Positions 1 through 8,144 of a DNA stretch of 10,936 nucleotides are shown here, piece after piece. The stretch comes from Octopus sinensis. Its lineage: Eukaryota. Below the pieces are notes generated by a model that did not search any database, was not told where the DNA came from, and saw nothing but the letters and a program-made list of their open reading frames with translations. The DNA is taken from positions 1 through 10,936 of the forward strand of contig NW_021827227.1 in the NCBI RefSeq assembly GCF_006345805.1. Reading direction: 5' to 3'. Position numbers and translations under genes: made by a program. Position 1 is the stretch's first letter. Every line of letters begins with the position of its first letter.

Positions 1-125
1 CTATCCATCTATCTGTAATATCTGTTTATCTATCTATCTATCTATCTGTCTATCTATCTATCTATCTATCTATCTATTTATCTATCTATCTGCCTGTCTA
101 TCTATCTACATACATATATATATAT
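1..125. repeat. (TCTA)n microsatellite grading into (TA)n
   Basis: Directly visible tetranucleotide run with a few interruptions. Confidence 0.95.
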
Positions 126-401
126 TCTATTTTTATTCGTGTAACATCGTCCGTTTTCCGTCCTTGTTTTGTATACATTCGAGGCTTTCTTTCAAGGAAT
201 CTAATGTGCTTGGCTTAGATTTTCCTTTGGGGCTGGCCAGGTCGGAGCAATCTCAAGATTAATCAGCCGAAATTGCGAAGATGATCCGGTTCTTGACTGA
301 AGATTGAATGCTTCGAATGTCCCGTCCGTGTTTTTTGTGTCGTCTTCTAAATGTTTTGCGTTCTTGTCCCAGTTTGTATTTTTTTACTTTTACACACACA
401 T

Positions 402-420
402 ATCATCATCATCATCATCA
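402..420. repeat. (ATC)n microsatellite
   Basis: About 6 perfect ATC units. Confidence 0.9.
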
Positions 421-448
421 AAAAAGGAGACGTCGAACACGAGTTGTG

Positions 449-734
449 ATATATAAAAAAGGAAATGGAGAAAATGCCGACAAAATAATTGAAGTAATTT
501 AAGTAATTTAATTAGGTGAAAGTTCTTTTTACCGGTTGCGCATTTGTTATGCTTATCAAAATATAAAGAGAGATTAGAGTTCCTTTCTGATAGATTTTTA
601 TCTATCAGAAAGGAACTCTAATCTCTCTTTTATATTTTGATAAGCATAACAAATGCGGCAACCGGTAAAAAGAACTTTCACCTAATTAATTACTTAAATT
701 ACTTCAATTATTTTGTCAGCATTTCTCCATTTCC

Positions 735-745
<11 letters not shown>
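449..745. repeat. Long near-perfect palindrome (arms about 449-595 and 600-745, TTTT loop 596-599); possible foldback element
   Basis: The right arm is the reverse complement of the left. By eye they differ by one substitution and about five 1-nt indels. TA-rich flanks on both sides. Confidence 0.93.
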
Positions 746-774
<29 letters not shown>

Positions 775-786
775 CATACATATATC

Positions 787-830
<44 letters not shown>

Positions 831-878
831 ATATATATAATATATATATTATATATACATACATACATACATACATTC
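740..878. repeat. (TA)n/(CATA)n compound microsatellite
   Basis: Directly visible. Confidence 0.95.
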
Positions 879-884
879 ATACAA

Positions 885-952
885 TTGCTTGACTAAAGGC
901 GGTGCTCCAGCATGGCTGAAGTCAAATGACTGAAACGAGTGACACAATAAAA
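885..952 (+). mobile_element. 3' fragment of the same SINE family as 7726-8144
   Basis: TAAAGGCGGTGCTCCAGCATGGCTGAAGTCAAATGACTGAAAC closely matches the 3' end of the 7726-8144 copy (about 8078-8120). Confidence 0.8.
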
Positions 953-955
953 GAA

Positions 956-1437
956 GGCGATGCTTCGGTATATGTACACACGTGACTTTGTTTACATTTC
1001 TGAAGATAACAGAAACCCTTTTCTCCCACCCCTAACCCTAACACAAACCCTAACTCTAATACAAACCCTAACCCTAACACAAACCTTAACACTAACCCTA
1101 ACCACCCATATATAAAAAAAAACACTTTCTTGAAATGTATCCAGTACTTCCAGTACTAACACCGGTACTTATACCGAAGGAAGGCGGTGAGCTGGCTGAA
1201 ACGTTAGCATGCCGGGCGAAATGTGTAGCCGTATTTCGTCTGCCGTTACGTTCTGAGTTCAAATACTGCCGAGGTCGACTTTGCCTTTCATCCTTTCGGG
1301 GTCGATAAATTTCATTACCAGTTACGCACTGGGGTCGATGTAATCGACTTAATCCGTTTGTCTGTCCTTGTTTGTCCCCCCTGTGTTTAGCCCCTTGTGG
1401 GTAGTAAAGAAATAAGTACTTATACCGAAGTTACGCC
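956..1437. mobile_element. Non-autonomous TIR element (MITE-like) with degenerate (CCCTAA)n core, interrupted by a SINE
   Basis: Left end GGCGATGCTTCGGTATATGTAC (956-977) versus the reverse complement of 1416-1437, GGCGTAACTTCGGTATAAGTAC: 18/22 match. Telomere-like repeats at about 1030-1102. No clear TSD, superfamily unknown. Confidence 0.65.
1180..1415 (+). mobile_element. tRNA-derived SINE with 15-bp target-site duplication
   Basis: A-box-like TGGCTGAAACGTTAG (1193-1207), B-box-like GAGTTCAAATAC (1255-1266), and a central GGTCGACTTTGCCTTTCATCCTTTCGGGGTCGATAAA (1273-1309) resembling the conserved Nin/Deu-type SINE domain. Perfect TSD GTACTTATACCGAAG at 1165-1179 and 1416-1430. Confidence 0.88.
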
Positions 1438-1510
1438 CAATATTATATAACATGAATAATTACAAAAGAAAAAACCCATTTAAGGCCAACAAATTATTTC
1501 AACATATATA

Positions 1511-2145
1511 TGTAACGGCAAAGTTTTATTTAGTGTAGTTACCAATTGTAACGGGAGAAATTGATTTGTACACTATATTATGATAATGTTGGTGGAGGCA
1601 TTGGTAACGATAAGAGTTTGTAATTATAACGGCAAGTCGTAAAATGTGTAAGAACAAAGTGCATAAGGTTTTAAGGAAGTTAAGTTAAGTTAATTTTTGA
1701 CTCAAAAAGCAAAAAGCAAGGCCATGTAGAGGGACATGGAGTTATGCACCGGGTGATGTTCATGCAAAGAGTTCAGGCCATTTCTGGTCAAGGGAGACTT
1801 TGAACCGAGCGGTTGTCGGCATCTTCACTATCTCGTCTGGCAGCTTATTCCACGGATCCGCAACCCGGACGGAGAAAGCCCCTCTCCTTCGATTGAGATG
1901 AAATCGTCGCAGATAGAGCTTTTCGGAGTGACCCCGCAGCCGATGCTCTGGAGCAGGAGTGAAGAACAGCTCTTTCGAGAGGTTACACTTTCCGCTTATG
2001 ATGTTGTGAGCAAGAATGAGATCACCACGGCGGCGTCTTTTTTTTTGAGAGAATAAAGGTTGAGCGTCTTCAGCCTTTCTTCATAAGACAAATGCTTGAG
2101 ACCAAGAACCATGCGGGTAGCCAGCTTCTGGACTCTACCGTTACA
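1511..2145 (-). mobile_element. Possible short solo-LTR-like element interrupted by CR1
   Basis: Termini TGTAACGG (1511-1518) and CCGTTACA (2138-2145) are perfect 8-bp inverted repeats. Minus-strand AATAAA lies about 15 nt from the end. Flanks ATATA/TTATA match 4/5. Confidence 0.4.
1677..2136 (-). mobile_element. 5'-truncated CR1-clade LINE 3' end
   Basis: Minus translation RVQKLATRMVLGLKHLSYEERLKTLNLYSL / RRRRGDLILAHNII...RLRGHSEKL...FSVRVADPWNKLPDEIV...FKVSLDQKWPELFA* (stop 1762-1760) is typical of the CR1 ORF2 C-terminus. One frameshift in the A-run at 2038-2046; (TTAAC)n tail at 1677-1693. Confidence 0.9.
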
Positions 2146-2152
2146 TTATAAA

Positions 2153-2460
2153 TGTAACGACGGGCAGGTTGTGATAAATCCAAAAGTATGCAAAAGTTAG
2201 ATGTGATAGAATGTTTGTGAATGTGTCCTCTTCGTTGTTTAGTAGTAGCAATTACAGAGAGAGATAGAATGATGTTGTAAGAGAACAGAATTAGAGCTAA
2301 AGAGAATGGTAGGGTTTTGTCTCACAGTTGCTTTCTCCCTCTGACCAAGGTTGGTCAGCCAGACCTCCTTGAGTCATCACGATGTGACTGACTACTGGTT
2401 GAGTGGTCACCTGGTTGGTGACTAACTGATTTTTGCTTGGGATGTTCTTGCTTTTATAAC
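2153..2460 (-). mobile_element. Possible second LTR-like fragment
   Basis: Minus strand ends in CGTCGTTACA and has TATAAAAG near 2457-2450. The other terminus was not identified. Confidence 0.25.
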
Positions 2461-2676
2461 TATCCAGAAGGATAGATATATCATTGAGAACAATCGATTT
2501 AGTTGGTGGTCTTGTTATCTCTATTCTAGCTTTTGGTGGAGTAGAAGAGGTTAGAAAGGGTCAAGTGGTGAAGACATTATTTCTGCCTGGCTAAAAGGCA
2601 TCTGGAAAATGTAAAAACTGCTGTCAGAGAAAAACCATTGTTCCACCATGGGAAAAGTTCTGTTGCAGTGTTAATT

Positions 2677-3812
2677 GGATCTTTTCAGTTTGAACGGCAG
2701 TTTTTTCTAGCAGTGTCATATGAAATTGTCACCCATAATTATGACCCTAGTATCAATCTATTGTATTTAAATCTGTTTTAGGGTTAGGGTTAGGGTTAGG
2801 GGTGGGGGGAAGGGTGTCTTTTTTTCTTCGCAAATGTAAATATACCAAATCTGTTTCTTAAACGAGGGACATATTCATACGGCACAGAATGTTTTTTTTA
2901 CCTCAACAGACGTCACTGATTGGTTGAAATTGCAGAAATTGAAGAAAAAAACAACAAATATCTTACATATAGAATTTTCTCAATAAGCCAAGAGAAAAAG
3001 ATGTTTTATTAAACACTTCTACCAGTATAACGAAGTTTAACATTCTTTAGTTACCTAGAAATTATGTTAAAAACTGCCGTTCAAACCGAAAAGATCCATA
3101 TCTTACAAACTCTAGAATTTTCTCATAAAGCCAAGAGAAAAAGATGTTTATAAACACATTCTACCAGTATACGAAGTTTAACATTCTTTAGTTACCTAGA
3201 AATTATGTTAAAAACTGCCGTTCAAACCGAAAAGATCCATATCTTACAAACTATAGAATTTTCTCAATAAAGCCAAGAGAAAAAGATGTTTTATAAACAC
3301 ATTCTACCAGTATACGAAGTTTAAAAGTGTTTAGTTACGTGGAAATTGTTTTAAAAAACTGCCGGTCAAACCGAAAAGATCCATATCTTACAAACTATAG
3401 AATTTTCTCAATAAAGCCAAGAGAAAAAGATGTTTTATAAACACATTACCAGTATTATACGAAGTTTAAAAGTGTTAGTTAGTGGAAATTGTTTTAAAAA
3501 AACTGCCGGTCCAACCGAAAGATCCATATCTTTACAAAATATAGAATTTTCTCAATAAAGCAAAGAGAAAAAGATGTTTTATAAACACATTCTACCAGTA
3601 TACGAAGTTTAAAAAGTGTTTAGTTACGTGGAAATTGTTTAAAAACTGCCGGTCAAACGAAAGATCCATATCTTACAAACTATAGAATTTTCTCAATAAA
3701 GCCAAGAAGAAAAAAGATTTTTATAAACACATTCTACCAGTATACGAAGTTTAAAAGTGTTTAGTTACGTGGAAATTGTTTTAAAAAACTGCCGGTCAAA
3801 CCGAAAAGATCC
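2677..3812. mobile_element. Non-autonomous TIR element with (TTAGGG)4 core and tandemly amplified right end
   Basis: Left TIR GGATCTTTTCAGTTTGAACGGCAGTTTTT (2677-2705) matches the reverse complement of 3784-3812 at 27/29. The same TIR closes every tandem unit. TTAGGG x4 at 2778-2801. Confidence 0.8.
2958..3812 (+). repeat. Tandem array of six units of 140-145 bp
   Basis: Units end in AAGATCC at 3097, 3238, 3382, 3525, 3667 and 3812. Confidence 0.93.
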
Positions 3813-4024
3813 GTCTAATGATATTGCCTCTCTAATAAATGGAGGGAGAAATGATTAGTGGGCAAAAGAGAAAAATAAAGAAAAATGAATGGGTTATTTC
3901 CCCTTGGCCATTAAAGGAAAATGGATGGATTATATCTGGGCCCCTTGTGGGGGCCCTAGCCATCCAATTATAGGTTTTTATGAGTTTTATCTGATGAGAG
4001 AATGCTTAATAGAAAACAAAATAC

Positions 4025-4321
4025 CTGTTGTTGCTGCTGCTGCTGCTGCTGTGGTGCTGGTGGGTAACCAGCAGGTGGGTAGCCGGCAGGTGGGTAGCCG
4101 GCAGGTGGGTAGCCGGCAGGTGGGTAGCCGGCAGGTGGGTAGCCGGCAGGTGGGTAGCCAGCAGGTGGTGGACCTTGAGGTGGGTAGCCAGCAGGTGGTG
4201 GACCTTGAGGTGGGTAGCCAGCAGGTGGTGGACCTTGAGGTGGGTAGTCCGCAGGTGGGTAGTCCACAGGTGGTGCACCTTTATTTACATTATCCATTGA
4301 ATAACTGGGTGGTTGACTCAT
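4025..4321 (-). CDS. First coding exon (99 aa) of a protein with YPPQG/YPPAG-repeat N-terminus and poly-Q; family not assignable (CYSTM, PLAC8, LITAF, scramblase or CD225-type N-termini are candidates)
   Basis: ATG at 4321 in the A-rich context AAAACAATG. Sequence MSQPPSY...(YPPAG)n...Q9, then a phase-0 donor CAG|GTATTT (intron starts at 4024). Candidate upstream acceptor TTTTATTCTAATTACCAG| would put the exon start at 4396. Downstream exons were not found in the window. Confidence 0.78.
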
Positions 4322-4427
4322 TGTTTTAAGTTTTTATAGGGATATTTTACACACTTCTTCAGTCTCTAGTGACAAGATATTGTTGTAGTTGATGTTCTGG
4401 TAATTAGAATAAAACACATTTTTTGAA

Positions 4428-4481
4428 ATTATAATAATAATAATAATAAGAACAATAATAACAATAATAATAATAATAACA

Positions 4482-4519
<38 letters not shown>

Positions 4520-4647
4520 TAATAATAATAATAATAATATAATAATAACACTAATAATAATAATAATAAATAATAATATAATAATACAATATAATAATAA
4601 TAATCATAATAATAATAATAAGAATAATAATAATATACCATAATAAC

Positions 4648-4679
<32 letters not shown>

Positions 4680-4816
4680 TAATAATAATATATATAACAA
4701 TATAATAATAATAATAATATAATAATAATAATAATAATAATATAATAACAATAATAACAATAATAATAATAATAACAATAATAATATAATAATAATAATA
4801 TAATAATAATAATAAT
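4428..4816. repeat. Degenerate (AAT)n array
   Basis: Directly visible. Confidence 0.97.
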
Positions 4817-5337
4817 CAAAGAACATGCCTCCTCATTGATATGACTGTCTCAATCGATATAAACGTGTCTGTCAAGACCTACCAAAAACTGAGCAAATAT
4901 AAAGATCTTGAAATAGAAATCAGCAAAATGTGGAACCTGAAGACTAAAACAATACCTGTTGTCATAGGTGCCCTGGGAATGATAGGAAAAGGGGCTGATT
5001 GCTACCTAACTCAGATACCAGGAAACCCAAAAATGGCAGAAATTCAAAAGATAGTGCTCATGGGAACTGCTCATATCCTACGCAAAATACTCTCTATGTA
5101 ATCTCAAGTTTTAAACAAAATTTTTTTTTATTCTTATTTTTATTTTTTATTTTTTTTTATTTTACTTTTTTTATTTATTTATTATTTTTTTTTATGTATT
5201 AGACATTCACTAGTACAACACCAAAAAAAAAAAAAACCCCAAATATATGGCACAGAACTTCCAACCTGTTGTCTCTTGAGGTCTCTGGGTGAGACTTGGA
5301 GCCAACTTGTACAGACATAAGCAAAAGTCAAACATAG
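4817..5337 (+). mobile_element. 5'-truncated R4/Dong-like non-LTR retrotransposon 3' end (restriction-like endonuclease C-terminus plus 3' UTR), copy 1
   Basis: QRTCLLIDMTVSID...KLSKYKDLEIEISKMWNLKTKTIPVVIGALG...GTAHILRKILSM* (stop 5101) fits the REL endonuclease C-terminus of R2/R4-type elements. (AAT)n on both sides. Confidence 0.8.
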
Positions 5338-5565
5338 AATAATATAATAATAATAATAATAATAATCATATATATGATAATAATAATATAATAATGATAG
5401 TAATGATAATAATAATAATAATATAACAATAATAATAATAATAACAATAATAACAATAATAACAATAATAACAATAATAACAATAATAATAATAACAATA
5501 ATAACAATAATAACAATAATAATAATAATAATAATAACAATAATAACAATAATAACAATAATAAC

Positions 5566-5612
<47 letters not shown>

Positions 5613-5661
5613 TAATAACAATAATAACAATAATAATAATAATAACAATAACAATAATAAC

Positions 5662-5692
<31 letters not shown>

Positions 5693-5806
5693 TAATAACA
5701 ATAATAACAATAATAACAATAATAACAATAATAATAATAATAATATAATAATAATAATAATAACAATAATAACAATAATAATAATAATAATAATAACAAT
5801 AATAAC

Positions 5807-5842
<36 letters not shown>
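5338..5842. repeat. (AAT/AAC)n array
   Basis: Directly visible. Confidence 0.97.
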
Positions 5843-6365
5843 CAAAGAACATGCCTCCTCATTGATATGACTGTCTCAATCGATATAAACGTGTCTGTCA
5901 AGACCTACCAAAAACTGAGCAAATATAAAGATCTTGAAATAGAAATCAGCAAAATGTGGAACCTGAAGACTAAAACAATACCTGTTGTCATAGGTGCTCT
6001 GGGAATGATAGGAAAAGGGGCTGATTGCTACCTAACTCAGATACCAGGAAACCCAAAAATGGCAGAAATTCAAAAGATAGTGCTCATGGGAACTGCTCAT
6101 ATCCTACGCAAAATACTCTCTATGTAATCCCAAGGTTTAAAACAAACTTTTTTTTTATTCTTATTTTTATTTTTTATTTTTTTATTTTACTTTTTTTATT
6201 TATTTATTATTTTTTTTATGTATTAGACATTCACTAGTACAACACCAAAAAAAAAAAAGAAAACCCCAAATATATGGCACAGAACTTCCAACCTGTTGTC
6301 TCTTGAGGTCTCTGGGTGAGACTTGGAGCCAACTTGTACAGACATAAAGCAAAAGTCAAACATAG
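5843..6365 (+). mobile_element. R4/Dong-like LINE 3' end, copy 2 (near-identical to copy 1)
   Basis: Identical 86-aa ORF (5867-6127), same 5' truncation point and same 3' end as copy 1. Confidence 0.8.
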
Positions 6366-6381
6366 AATAATAATAATAATG

Positions 6382-6436
<55 letters not shown>

Positions 6437-6441
6437 TGATT

Positions 6442-6499
<58 letters not shown>

Positions 6500-6507
6500 T
6501 AGTAATG

Positions 6508-6563
<56 letters not shown>
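6366..6563. repeat. (AAT)n array
   Basis: Directly visible. Confidence 0.97.
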
Positions 6564-7132
6564 CACCACCCTGAGGCTGTAACTGAAGGAGAAAATGTAA
6601 CCATTCTGTGGGACTTTCCAGTACATACAGACCGAACCATCAAGGCCAATAAACCAGATATTGTTGTGAAGACCAAAACAATAAAGTTTGCTTATTGATC
6701 GACATGAACATCCCCTGTGATCATAATATCTCAGCGAAAGAGTTTGACAAGCTCAGAAAATATAAAGACCTACTCATTGAAATTGAGAAAATTGCATCTC
6801 AAGGCGGTTACAATACCAGTGATCGTAGGAGCACTAGGAATGATCAGGAAGGAACCGAAATTATATGAGAATGATCCCTGGCTTACCATCCCTGCAAGAA
6901 GTGCAAAAGATTTCTAACTGGTACATCACACGTATTGAGAAGAGCATTGTCAATGTGAGAACTGTTGCTGCTCATGTATTTTAATTTAACTTAAAAAAAA
7001 AAAAAAAAAATGAACGAACTACTGAGTTTGGTTTAATGGCCTACCAATATACACTATGAGTTTCTTTGCCCTAGGAGTCGGGAAGACACTCGGCAAGAAA
7101 TGGAAGCAAATTTGAAAGAAGAAAAAAAAAAG
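6564..7132 (+). mobile_element. R4/Dong-like LINE 3' end, second subfamily, frameshifted
   Basis: Joining frames gives HHPEAVTEGENVTILWDFPVHTDRTIKANKPDIVVK / CLLIDMNIPCDHNISAKEFDKLRKYKDLLIEIEK / HLKAVTIPVIVGALGMI...GTSHVLRRALSM* (stop 6958), with a PD...D...K-type nuclease motif. (AAT)n on both sides. Confidence 0.82.
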
Positions 7133-7155
7133 TAATAATAATAATAATAATAATG

Positions 7156-7190
<35 letters not shown>

Positions 7191-7192
7191 TA
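7133..7192. repeat. (TAA)n array
   Basis: Directly visible. Confidence 0.95.
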
Positions 7193-7690
7193 TGAATAAA
7201 TAAATGAATTAATTCGTTTATTGGCCACAAGGACTTACATAAAATTACATTAAAACACATACAACAACATAAAAGACAAAAACAGGATGATACAATGGGT
7301 TTTACAATGTGTAAACAATATATATAACGATTAAGAATTAAACAATTTGAAACTCCCAGTAGGGGTGTGCTTTAAAGACCTTGTGGAAAAACCCACAAAA
7401 GCCATGGGTTCATGACCAACAGGGCAAGAACCCTTCTCCTTGGTCCTTTCATATTGGCCCTTCTTCCAGCATTCAGCCACCTTTCAACAAACTTGCTACA
7501 AGGCAACACTTCCCTCTCTCTCCACTTTCAAATTCCTTTTCAAGTGAAACTTGAAAAAGTGGTTGAGGGGAGGGCTTGGCCTCAGAGGAAAGTACCTGAT
7601 TTAGTCTTTGGCCCTTTCAAACGGGTCCACCATACTACATCTTTCGCTACAGCCACCAGACAAATAACAATTTCAATCATAATAACAATT
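7193..7690 (-). mobile_element. Decayed LINE 3' end, possibly L1/Tx1-like
   Basis: Minus translation VAVAKDVVWWTRLKG...TFL*GQAL / FFKFHLKRNLKVERE resembles Tx1-type ORF2 C-termini from memory. T-rich 3' UTR, AATAAA at 7222-7217, simple-repeat tail. Confidence 0.45.
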
Positions 7691-7725
7691 CTTTTTCACT
7701 GAAAACTCAGTGAAAAAAATATATA

Positions 7726-8144
7726 GACACAGGAGTGGCTGTGTGGTAAGTAGCTTGCTTACCAACCACATGGTTCCGGGTTCAGTCCCACTGCATGGCA
7801 CCTTGGGCAAGTGTCTTCTACTATAGCCTCGGGCCGACCAAAGCCTTCGGAGTGGATTTGGTAAACGGAAACTGAAAGAAGCCCGTTGTATATATATATA
7901 TATATATATATATATGCATGTGTGTGTTTGTGCATCTGTGTTTGTCCCCCTAGCATTGCTTGACAACCGATGCTGGTGTGTTTATGTCCCCGTCACTTAG
8001 CGGTTCGGCAAAAAGAGACCGATAGAATAAGTACTGGGCTTACAAAAAGAATAAGTCCCGGGGTCGAGTTGCTCGATTAAAGGCAGTGCTCCAGCATGGC
8101 CGCAGTCAAATGACTGAAAAAAGTAAAAGAGTAAAAGAGTAAAG
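7726..8144 (+). mobile_element. tRNA-derived CORE-like SINE with internal (TA)n/(TG)n
   Basis: A-box TGGCTGTGTGG (7736-7746), B-box GGTTCAGTCCC (7779-7789), CORE-like ACCTTGGGCAAGTG, and a (GTAAAAGA)n tail. Confidence 0.88.

Noticed and set aside
293-330. Hammerhead core at CTGAAGA 297-303
   Set aside because: Followed by GAAT rather than GAAA, with no stem I or stem III partners.
1000-1020. CTGAAGA-TAACA-GAAAC minimal hammerhead look-alike
   Set aside because: No stem II, no NUH triplet and no stem I complement.
2540-2600. Possible next exon after minus-strand TTTTTACATTTTCCAG
   Set aside because: The phase-0 frame reads MPFSQAEIMSSPLDPF* with no recognisable domain, so it is unsupported without RNA data.
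2778-2801. True telomere or chromosome fusion site (also 1030-1102)
   Set aside because: Only a few units, each embedded inside a TIR-bounded element.
2958-3812. CRISPR-like array
   Set aside because: Whole units repeat with no unique spacers, there are no cas genes, and the context is eukaryotic.
3922-3966. GC-rich hairpin GGGCCCC/GGGGCCC near the splice donor
   Set aside because: Short and self-complementary by composition, with no evidence of function.
4025-4321. Cephalopod rhodopsin C-terminal PPQGY tail
   Set aside because: The repeat starts at its own Met and precedes a donor site. No transmembrane opsin sequence is visible upstream.
3889-4329. Alternative-frame ORFs over the Pro-rich exon (QVGSR, HLPAT, WVAGR repeats)
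   Set aside because: They are shadows of the same 15/30-bp repeat. Only the 4321 minus frame has a good start context and an in-phase donor.
4429-6626. Poly-I/L/Y/N ORFs in the ORF track (also 637-876)
   Set aside because: They are translations of (AAT)n and (TA)n microsatellites.
7412-7966. ORFs 7412-7702, 7673-7966 and 7759-7956
   Set aside because: They are antisense or chance frames within LINE and SINE sequence.
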